DNA from: an uncultured Clostridia bacterium
GTDB taxonomy: Bacteria; Bacillota; Clostridia; Christensenellales; Borkfalkiaceae
Length of the DNA: 51,873 nt
Assembly (NCBI GenBank): GCA_947174975.1
Contig: CAMWLA010000001.1
Span: forward strand, 1-51,873
Direction of reading: 5' to 3'
The notes beneath the pieces are model-generated. The model worked only from the letters and a program-made list of their open reading frames with translations, had not been told where the DNA came from and made no database searches. Position 1 is the first letter of the stretch; each line of letters opens with the position of its first letter. The translations under genes were made by a program, and so were the position numbers. Below are positions 26,912 to 34,261 of the stretch, in pieces.

Positions 26912-27835
26912 TTATTCTTTGACGCCACCCATATTTACGCCCTTTGCAAAATACTTCTGAATGAAAGGATAAATTGCAAGGATGGGGATAACCGCACAGA
27001 CGACCATTGCATACAGTACCGAGGTTGCGGAATAAGTATAGTCGGGAGACCACTTGTTGTCGCCGGCACTCGAACCGGTTATCTGCGTGTAGGTATTTAA
27101 GAAGTCACGGATATAAACCTGAACGGGCCATGAATACTCTTGCCCTTGTTCGCCTCCGGGGATAACCTTGTATGCCCAGAAGTAGCCGTTCCAACGGGAA
27201 ATTCCGAAGAAGAGCGCTACGGTTGCAATTGTTGCCTTACTCATAGGAATATATACTTTGGTAAGTACTTGCAGCTCGGTAGCTCCGTCTATTCTTGCAG
27301 CTTCTTCGATTTCGGAAGGAACACCCTCGAAAGAGTTACGAAGAAGTATGATATTCGTCGCATTCATACCCATCGCGATAACGATAGTCCACTTAAGGTC
27401 GGTTATGCCGATAGAAGTGAAAACTTGTGACGTCTGCATATAGTTCATATACTGGGGAATAATACCCGCGGAGAACCACATCGTGAACACGAGGAAGAAG
27501 TTGAAACCGTGTCTGCCCAAAAGTCTTTTCTTGGAGAGTGCGTACGCGCCGAGTATCGAATAGCCGAGCGACCAAACCGTACCGAAGAAGGTTACGAACA
27601 GCGTGTTCGAATAGTTTATCCAGAAACGGTTATCCGTCAAAACGTGCTTGAATGCGGAGCCTTGAACGTCGACGGGCCAGAGAATTACCTTACCACCGTC
27701 CACTGCGTCGGCAGAGCTGAACGCCGCCGAAAGTGCGTAAATTAAAGGATACACACACATCAGTGAGAACAGTATGAGGATAAAGTATGCGATAATTTTG
27801 AAAATAAGTTCTGAAACTTCTGTCTTTCTTTTCAT
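26912..27835 (-). CDS. carbohydrate ABC transporter permease (LplC/CUT1 type)
   Basis: Six TM layout. EAA loop IEEAARIDGATELQVLTKVYIPMS. Confidence 0.9.
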   Translation of the reverse strand: MKRKTEVSELIFKIIAYFILILFSLMCVYPLIYALSAAFSSADAVDGGKVILWPVDVQGSAFKHVLTDNRFWINYSNTLFVTFFGTVWSLGYSILGAYALSKKRLLGRHGFNFFLVFTMWFSAGIIPQYMNYMQTSQVFTSIGITDLKWTIVIAMGMNATNIILLRNSFEGVPSEIEEAARIDGATELQVLTKVYIPMSKATIATVALFFGISRWNGYFWAYKVIPGGEQGQEYSWPVQVYIRDFLNTYTQITGSSAGDNKWSPDYTYSATSVLYAMVVCAVIPILAIYPFIQKYFAKGVNMGGVKE

Positions 27836-27846
27836 ACCTTTCCTCC

Positions 27847-28920
27847 TTAATACAGCGATACGTCGGACGCTTTTCTTGCAATCGAGTTGGAACCGATTAC
27901 CAGAATCATACCGATTAAGTTATTGAGCATTTCGGCAGCGGTACCGACGGCTTTGAACTCGGTATCCGAAAGGTCGTTTGCGAAAGTCGAAACAACGTGC
28001 GCAACTTCGTAGTTACTGCCCGCGCCTTCGCCGTTACCTTGACCTAAGAGAAGGAATATCTTTTCGTAGCCTACGGAAAGAAGTCCGCCTATTTTCATAA
28101 TCAGCATTATGATTACGGTCGATAAAATGCTGGGTATTACAACGTAGCGCATCTGCGCCATTTTGCCCGCGCCGTCTATCTGAGCCGCCTCGTACGAGGT
28201 GGGCGACACGGCGATTACCGCAGCGAAGAATACTATACTGTCATAGCCCGCGTGTTCCCATAGGTCGGATATTATGTATATCGCCCTATAATACTTGGTT
28301 GAGAACACAAGACCTTGATTTATCGCCGTCTGATCCGCGCCGAACCAGCCGAACACCTTGGATACGACGCCGGGCGTCTGGTTGTTCGTCGAGTTGCGGA
28401 AAAGTATCAGAACGAGTGACGTTACGATAACGGTCGACAAGAATTTGGGAAGGTAAACGCAAACCTGCATTATACTTCTTGCCACGTTTGAACGGACTTC
28501 GTTGAAGAACAACGCAAGTATAATGGGCATAGGGAAGCCGAACAACAGTCCGTAGAACGCCGTTATAAAGGTATTTCTGAACGCACGCCAGAACTCGGGG
28601 CTGAGGTTGCCGTCGGTGAACAGCATCTGGAAGTATCTGAGACCGTTCCAGTAATAAGTGTTCACGTGACCTTTAACGCCGGTGTTGGGGTCTTTGAAGC
28701 AACCCATAAGCTCGTACATGGGCAAGTATTTCCATAAGAGATACACTAAAATCATAGGTATCAGCATTGCATAAAGACGCCAGTCTTTAAGTATGGTAAA
28801 GCCCGTGTTCTTCCATTTGTTCCGCTCTGTTTCGTCCCTTACTTGCTGTTCGGGCGACATACTGTAAGTACCGGTCGCCTCGTCGTAGATAAGGAAGTCG
28901 TCACATTTGAGTTTGAACAT
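27847..28920 (-). CDS. carbohydrate ABC transporter permease (LplB/CUT1 type)
   Basis: EAA loop YEAAQIDGAGKMAQMRYVVIPSI. GGAGGA RBS. Long N-terminal cytoplasmic extension. Confidence 0.88.
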   Translation of the reverse strand: MFKLKCDDFLIYDEATGTYSMSPEQQVRDETERNKWKNTGFTILKDWRLYAMLIPMILVYLLWKYLPMYELMGCFKDPNTGVKGHVNTYYWNGLRYFQMLFTDGNLSPEFWRAFRNTFITAFYGLLFGFPMPIILALFFNEVRSNVARSIMQVCVYLPKFLSTVIVTSLVLILFRNSTNNQTPGVVSKVFGWFGADQTAINQGLVFSTKYYRAIYIISDLWEHAGYDSIVFFAAVIAVSPTSYEAAQIDGAGKMAQMRYVVIPSILSTVIIMLIMKIGGLLSVGYEKIFLLLGQGNGEGAGSNYEVAHVVSTFANDLSDTEFKAVGTAAEMLNNLIGMILVIGSNSIARKASDVSLY

Positions 28921-28973
28921 TCAAATTTTCCTCCATATCACTTAAAAATTTTTAAGTAATTATTTTTACCTTA

Positions 28974-29663
28974 TTAATTATCCAAGCCGTCGTCCCATCT
29001 CTTTAAAATGGAAAGCGACTCTTTGTCTATCTCCAACGGCTCGTCGCCGTACTCGTCACGGCGGGCAAGCTCTTTACGCTCCGCATCCATGCGCAAGAGA
29101 TAGTGTTTCTGATCCTCGAACATTCCGTTCATTTTGCGGAGTATCATTATCACCGCAACCGCAAGCGCGAACGACAGACCGCCGTACACACCGAAGCCGA
29201 AGCTTGTGGCAAGAGATGCGAGGAAATTTGCGCCGAGTATCGCGCCCATACACGTTATGCCGAAGTTTACCGATACCCAGCCGACTAATATATATATTAA
29301 TGAAAAGTACCACTTGCCGCGGATCTTTTCTTTGCCCAAAAACTTGGTTAAAAGCAAAACCGAAAGAATGCACGCGCAGCCTATTGCATATGAAAGATAG
29401 CTTTGCCAGCTTCCGCCTTGCATTGCGCACAGCACGACGCCGTCCGCCACCGCGTAAATTCCGCCGACCCAGCCCCAGCGCATTATCACCGTAAGCGCGA
29501 TTGCCAGCATAAAATTCACGTAATACTTGTCGATCGTGGTTTTAAACCAGAATTTGAACGAGCAAAATACCAAAAGTTCGGAAAGCCCCAAGACAAGCGC
29601 AAAAAAGAATAAATCAGTGTATTTATATTGCCTGAATGAGATTAATTTTCCGTTTTTTCGCAT
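28974..29663 (-). CDS. membrane protein, unknown function (~6 TM)
   Basis: 229 aa. Polytopic, with a charged C-terminal tail. First gene of the transporter cluster. No family recognised. Confidence 0.65.
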   Translation of the reverse strand: MRKNGKLISFRQYKYTDLFFFALVLGLSELLVFCSFKFWFKTTIDKYYVNFMLAIALTVIMRWGWVGGIYAVADGVVLCAMQGGSWQSYLSYAIGCACILSVLLLTKFLGKEKIRGKWYFSLIYILVGWVSVNFGITCMGAILGANFLASLATSFGFGVYGGLSFALAVAVIMILRKMNGMFEDQKHYLLRMDAERKELARRDEYGDEPLEIDKESLSILKRWDDGLDN

Positions 29664-29764
29664 TTTTATAATTTACAACATTTTATAGGGCATAAAATGT
29701 GACTATATTTCATTTTATAGAATCATTATATCATAGGGCAATTCAAAAATCAATACATTTTTAA

Positions 29765-29793
29765 TTGTTTCAAAGTTTTTTTTGTGGTATACT
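29765..29793 (+). promoter_or_regulatory. pectinesterase promoter
   Basis: TTGTTT (29765-70), 17-nt spacer, extended -10 TGgTATACT (29785-93). Confidence 0.5.
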
Positions 29794-29841
29794 GATTTCA
29801 ACAAAATAACAAAGCAAGTTAACAAATTAACAGTATTTACC

Positions 29842-30771
29842 ATGAAAACTTTACATTTAACTCCCGATTGCAACTTGTCCGAAGCGATAAATTCGTCCGA
29901 CGCGGAAGTAATTTATCTCAGCAAAGGAATATACAATCAGAAAACCGAAATACTTCGCGACAACCTCACAATTATAGGCGAAGGGCGCGAAACGGTGCTT
30001 ACCTTTGCAGACTTTGCGAATAAAATTCACGCCGACGGCAAGGAATACAACACTTTCCGCACGTATACGCTGTGCGTAACCGGAAACAATATACGTCTTG
30101 AAAATTTTACAGTGGAAAACTCAAACACCGACCCCGAAAGAGTGGGGCAATGCGTAGCGCTGTCCGTTCACGGCGATAATTTTACGGCTTTGAATATGAA
30201 TTTGGTATCCACGCAAGACACCCTTTTCCTCTCCCCTTTCCCCGACGATTTGGTCGTACGGTACCGCGGTTTTATTCCGCAAAGGCAACTCTATAAAGAG
30301 GGCGGGAACACGCACCTTTTCAAAAACTGCCGAATCTCGGGAACGGTTGATTTCATTTTCGGCTGTGCGGAAGCGTACTTTAAAAACTGCGAAATAATTT
30401 CGCTTAAAGATACGCGCGATATCGGCTTTGTCGCAGCGCCCGCGCACCCCCTACACGCGGAACGCGGTTTTACCTTTATAGACTGCGACTTCAAGTCCGA
30501 CGGCGCGAACGCGCAGACCGTTTACCTTGCAAGACCTTGGCGCGACTTCGGCAAGTGCGCGTTTATTAACTGCAAGTTGGGCAACCACGTAAACGGCGGA
30601 CTGTTCGACAAATGGAACGACACCGACCGCGATAAGAGCGCAAGATTTTACTACTTCGGTCTTGACTGCGAGCAAGCGAACCCCGTAGGATGGGGCAGAA
30701 AGCTTACGGCAGAGCAAGCTAACGATATTATAAACGACTGCGCGCGAAAATTTAAAACGCATAATATATAA
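29842..30771 (+). CDS. pectinesterase (CE8 pectin methylesterase), no signal peptide
   Basis: ORF trimmed to MKTLHLTPD at 29842. CE8 signatures QDTLF, GTVDFIFG, LARPWR. Confidence 0.88.
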   Translation: MKTLHLTPDCNLSEAINSSDAEVIYLSKGIYNQKTEILRDNLTIIGEGRETVLTFADFANKIHADGKEYNTFRTYTLCVTGNNIRLENFTVENSNTDPERVGQCVALSVHGDNFTALNMNLVSTQDTLFLSPFPDDLVVRYRGFIPQRQLYKEGGNTHLFKNCRISGTVDFIFGCAEAYFKNCEIISLKDTRDIGFVAAPAHPLHAERGFTFIDCDFKSDGANAQTVYLARPWRDFGKCAFINCKLGNHVNGGLFDKWNDTDRDKSARFYYFGLDCEQANPVGWGRKLTAEQANDIINDCARKFKTHNI

Positions 30772-30792
30772 ATTTGTCGTAAAAAAGCAAAT

Positions 30793-30828
30793 CCCCCCTA
30801 CACTCACCGTGTAGGGGGTTAGTTTTAT
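30793..30828. terminator. terminator between convergent pectinesterase and Cys-rich genes
   Basis: Stem CCCCCTACAC/GTGTAGGGGG (30794-30818), T-rich after it. Confidence 0.75.
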
Positions 30829-31067
30829 CTGAATATTTTTTTTAACTCTTTAACTGCGCTTATAGCACCGCTGACGTTTTCCGCAGTTGCACGTTTCGTT
30901 TCGCGTTTACAGAACAAATCGCAGATTTCATCTTCTTTTACAATTTGTTCTTTAACACCGCAATTCCCGAACTTACGCGGATAAAAATTATGAAGACCTC
31001 TCTCGTAAAACTGCGTAAACAGTGCGCAATTACTGCACACCATATCATTTATTTTTATTTTTTTCAT
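30825..31067 (-). CDS. small Cys-rich protein, unknown function (paralog 2)
   Basis: Start ambiguous: MKKIKI at 31067, or MVCSNC at 31043 one nt after the upstream stop. CSNC...FY...GNC...C pattern parallels the upstream paralog. Confidence 0.5.
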   Translation of the reverse strand: MKKIKINDMVCSNCALFTQFYERGLHNFYPRKFGNCGVKEQIVKEDEICDLFCKRETKRATAENVSGAISAVKELKKIFR

Positions 31068-31332
31068 ACTCTTCTTCCCGTAAAATCTGCGCAACTGCCA
31101 TTAAGTGAAACAATATATCCTTTAATACGCGCTCGGTTGTCTTTTTCCGGCTCAACAACCAATATGATTTGTTTATCCACTGTTCGCAAGTTTCTTTATG
31201 ATTTTTAAGCTGTTTACACATATTACAATAGCCGTCTTTTAACTTTTCAAAACAAGTTTCTTTTTTTATATAGAAAGGGTCGTAAAATTTACAAATATTG
31301 CATCTGTGTTTATTTTGATTTTCTTTTTCCAT
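31045..31332 (-). CDS. small Cys-rich protein, unknown function (paralog 1)
   Basis: ORF trimmed to MEKENQNKH at 31332 with AAGGAG RBS. CNIC...FY...GYCNMC...C pattern. Low-GC segment. Confidence 0.55.
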   Translation of the reverse strand: MEKENQNKHRCNICKFYDPFYIKKETCFEKLKDGYCNMCKQLKNHKETCEQWINKSYWLLSRKKTTERVLKDILFHLMAVAQILREEEYEKNKNK

Positions 31333-31366
31333 ATTGTACTCCTTAATTATGCAAATATGTATCACT

Positions 31367-31395
31367 ATGATATTATGATAATGTGCATAAGTCAA
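31367..31395 (-). promoter_or_regulatory. promoter of the Cys-rich gene pair
   Basis: Minus strand reads TTGACT, 17-nt spacer, TATCAT. Back-to-back with the XRE -10 box. Confidence 0.5.
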
Positions 31396-31413
31396 GCATT
31401 TTTGATGCAAATA

Positions 31414-31421
31414 TGTATAAT
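31414..31421 (+). promoter_or_regulatory. -10 box for a leaderless XRE transcript
   Basis: TGTATAAT ends 8 nt before the XRE ATG. No SD is present. Confidence 0.45.
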
Positions 31422-31428
31422 AAATTAT

Positions 31429-31632
31429 ATGACAGTAGATTACAAAGAAGCTTTAAAATACCAAAGAGAACAAGCAGAACTATCACAAAGACAGTTGGCA
31501 ATCAAAACAGAAATACAACAAGGTAGTATAAGCCGTTGGGAGGCGGGTAAATCAATACCCAATATTGAAGCTTGCATTAAGCTTGCTGATTTTTACGGCA
31601 TTACACTTGACGAGCTTGTCGGCAGACATTAA
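31429..31632 (+). CDS. XRE-family HTH protein (67 aa), probably leaderless
   Basis: MTVDYKEALKYQREQAELSQRQLAIKTEIQQGSISRWEAGKSIPNIEACIKLADFYGITLDEL is a complete Cro/CI-type HTH. The ATG lies 8 nt after a TATAAT box and has no SD. Confidence 0.7.
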   Translation: MTVDYKEALKYQREQAELSQRQLAIKTEIQQGSISRWEAGKSIPNIEACIKLADFYGITLDELVGRH

Positions 31633-31643
31633 ATTCTAATAAA

Positions 31644-31686
31644 GAAAACCCCCGACCGCGAATTGCGGTCGGGGGTTATTTTATTT
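31644..31686. terminator. bidirectional terminator between XRE and the 382-aa membrane gene
   Basis: 13-bp stem AACCCCCGACCGC/GCGGTCGGGGGTT flanked by A-run and T-run. Confidence 0.85.
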
Positions 31687-31688
31687 AA

Positions 31689-32837
31689 TTATTCGGCTTG
31701 GGCGGGAGCTTCTTGGGGAACTTCTTCCGCGGCTTCCGTTTTAGCTTTGAACAGAACTTTGCCGACTACTTCCGCAACGAGTGCAAGCACAGCCGCTACG
31801 GCAACCATAATGGGGACGGCAAAATCTTTAGTTAAGTCTGCGTCGGCATCTTCATACATTTTATTTGCAAAAAGAATTGTAAACACAAGGTATACAAGCG
31901 CAAGCCCCGCAACGACCGAGCAAAGGACTATATTGCTTTTGTTTTTGCCTTCGCATACGGCGGGTATTTTTCTGAAAAGCGTTACCGCCGAAATTACTCC
32001 GGCTGCAACTGCGGCGACTCCGCCGATTAAAGCGTAAGCTAAAACCTCGAAGAAAGCTTCGTCGTCGGAAACCGTTAAAAGCGTTGACTGCATTCCGATA
32101 AACAGACCGTTGTAAACCCTCTTTATCGTTATCTCGCCGTAGGATACTCCGGTTGAAACCGCACCGGCGGCGGGAAGAGCCAAAAGCCCGAGTATAACCG
32201 CGGTAAACGCGCTTACGGCTACGGCAGCTATTGCGCCCGCTTTCACGTCGATACCCTTAAACTTTTCGAAGTTGGCGCCGCCGATTAAAAGCGCGCCCGC
32301 CCCTAACAATACTCCGCCGGTAATAAGTCCCGCGCGGGTGGGCGCAGAAAATACCGTTTTCATACCGCTTGCTTCCGCGGATACCAAGCATAACAATAAC
32401 GTTGCAAAAGTTGCAAAAACAAGATAGGTTGCAACCGCGGGAGCGATTACGTTTACTTCTTGATTTTTGCAGTACTTCTTATAAGCGTTGACCGCTGTGA
32501 GGATTGCCAAAGCTACCACACCGAGCAGTCCGACAGCCGATACGACCGTTCCCAAAATTATAGGAAAGTAAATTGCAAATTCGCGCGCGGCGCCGATGTC
32601 GGATACGTCTATCGCGCTTGCTATCGTATCACGCGTATCTTCTATACCCGAATATGCGTTGCCGAAATAGTCGTACAGCATAGTCGTTGCGCTTACTTTC
32701 ATTCCGTCAACGTGCGTAACGGCGGAAACTCCGCAGACGAACACGAAAACCAAAGCCGTAAGCGCCGCTAAGAGTATAAGCGCTATACCGCCTATATTTA
32801 AGGCGTTTTTAATTTTTTCGCATTTAGTGTTTTGCAT
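31689..32837 (-). CDS. polytopic membrane protein, unknown function (382 aa, Ala/Gly/Val-rich)
   Basis: About 9-10 hydrophobic helices. 11 nt downstream of the uxaC stop and followed by a strong terminator. No family recognised. Confidence 0.7.
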   Translation of the reverse strand: MQNTKCEKIKNALNIGGIALILLAALTALVFVFVCGVSAVTHVDGMKVSATTMLYDYFGNAYSGIEDTRDTIASAIDVSDIGAAREFAIYFPIILGTVVSAVGLLGVVALAILTAVNAYKKYCKNQEVNVIAPAVATYLVFATFATLLLCLVSAEASGMKTVFSAPTRAGLITGGVLLGAGALLIGGANFEKFKGIDVKAGAIAAVAVSAFTAVILGLLALPAAGAVSTGVSYGEITIKRVYNGLFIGMQSTLLTVSDDEAFFEVLAYALIGGVAAVAAGVISAVTLFRKIPAVCEGKNKSNIVLCSVVAGLALVYLVFTILFANKMYEDADADLTKDFAVPIMVAVAAVLALVAEVVGKVLFKAKTEAAEEVPQEAPAQAE

Positions 32838-32848
32838 ACTGTCACCCG

Positions 32849-34261
32849 TTAAAAGCCGAAATACTCCGCTGCATTATTATAACAGATGTTTTCGACGATT
32901 TCACCAAGCCTCTTCATTTCGCTTGCGGGGTACTGTCCGCTTTCCACTAAACGGCCGAGCATCTGGCAAAGTATGCGCCTATAATACTCATGCCTGGGAT
33001 ATGCAAGGAACGAACGGCTGTCTGTAAGCATACCGACGGACTGCGCCACAAGTCCTACTTGCATAAGCGTTTCCAAATTCTGTCTCATACCGTCTTGCTG
33101 ATCCAAGAACCACCACGCCGTGCCGACTTGCACTCTGCCCTTTACTCCTTCCTTCTGGAAACAGCCCGCAAGCACCGTCAAGGCGTAATTGTCGCGGGGG
33201 TTGAGGCAGTACAGAATAGTTTTGGGAAGGTTGCCGTCCTTGTCAAGCTCGCCCAAAAGTGCGGAAAGCTTTTCCATATAAACGGCGTCCTCTATTGCGT
33301 CGTAACCCGTGTCGGGTCCGATTTTTTCAAGCATAGATTTGGAGTTGTTGCGAAGTGCGCCGATGTGATACTGCTGTACCCAGCCGTACTTTGCGTACAT
33401 TTTACCGAGCTCTACCAAAACGTAGCCCTTGTACTTGTCTTGCTCTTCGTCGGTGACGTGCTGACCCTTCATTCCCTTCAAGAAAATCTTGTTAGCCTCA
33501 TCATACGTTGCGGGCGCAAAGTGCACCACGTCAAGCGCGTGGTCGGAAAGTTTTGAACCCATTTGATCGAAGAATGCAATTCTTTCGGCAAGCGCGTCGA
33601 GTAAATTCTGCAAGGTTTTAATGGGTTTACCCACTACGCCGGCAAGCTGATTTACCCAGCTTGCAAACCAGCTTAATTCCACGTTGATAGCCTTGTCGGG
33701 ACGGAACGCGGGACGGACGCGAACTTTAAGCGTCTTGTCCTCGTTCATTTTCTTGTGCCACTCCAAGCTGTCGACGGGGTCGTCGGTGGTGCAGACCGTT
33801 TTGACGTTGAACTTATACATCATTTCCCTTGCGGTCAGCTTTTCCAGAACCTTGTTAGCTTTATCCCAAATCGTCTTGGCGTTTTCGGGGTTTATTACCT
33901 CTTCGATACCGAAGTATCTTCTCATTTCCAAGTGCGACCAATGGTAAAGCGGGTTGCCCACGAAGTAAGGCATTGATTCGACGAACTGCATATATTTTTT
34001 GAAATCGTCGTCGGGACCCGAAATGGAATCCTCTTCATAACCGCGTGCGCGGAGTGCTCGCCACTTGTAGTGGTCGCCGTATCTGTCGCCCGCGCCAAGC
34101 CAAACCTCGGCAAGGTTACGAAATTTCTTGTCCTCGTAAATTTCCTTGGGCTGTAAGTGGCAGTGATAGTCGATTATAGGCATCTTCTCGGCATGCTCGT
34201 GATACAGCTTTTTCGCCGTTTCGGTGTCGAGAAGGAAGTCCTTATCCATAAATTCTTTCAT
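32849..34261 (-). CDS. uxaC: glucuronate/galacturonate isomerase
   Basis: MKEFMDKDFLLDTETAKKLYHEHAEKMPIIDYHCHL is the canonical UxaC N-terminus. 470 aa. Confidence 0.95.
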   Translation of the reverse strand: MKEFMDKDFLLDTETAKKLYHEHAEKMPIIDYHCHLQPKEIYEDKKFRNLAEVWLGAGDRYGDHYKWRALRARGYEEDSISGPDDDFKKYMQFVESMPYFVGNPLYHWSHLEMRRYFGIEEVINPENAKTIWDKANKVLEKLTAREMMYKFNVKTVCTTDDPVDSLEWHKKMNEDKTLKVRVRPAFRPDKAINVELSWFASWVNQLAGVVGKPIKTLQNLLDALAERIAFFDQMGSKLSDHALDVVHFAPATYDEANKIFLKGMKGQHVTDEEQDKYKGYVLVELGKMYAKYGWVQQYHIGALRNNSKSMLEKIGPDTGYDAIEDAVYMEKLSALLGELDKDGNLPKTILYCLNPRDNYALTVLAGCFQKEGVKGRVQVGTAWWFLDQQDGMRQNLETLMQVGLVAQSVGMLTDSRSFLAYPRHEYYRRILCQMLGRLVESGQYPASEMKRLGEIVENICYNNAAEYFGF

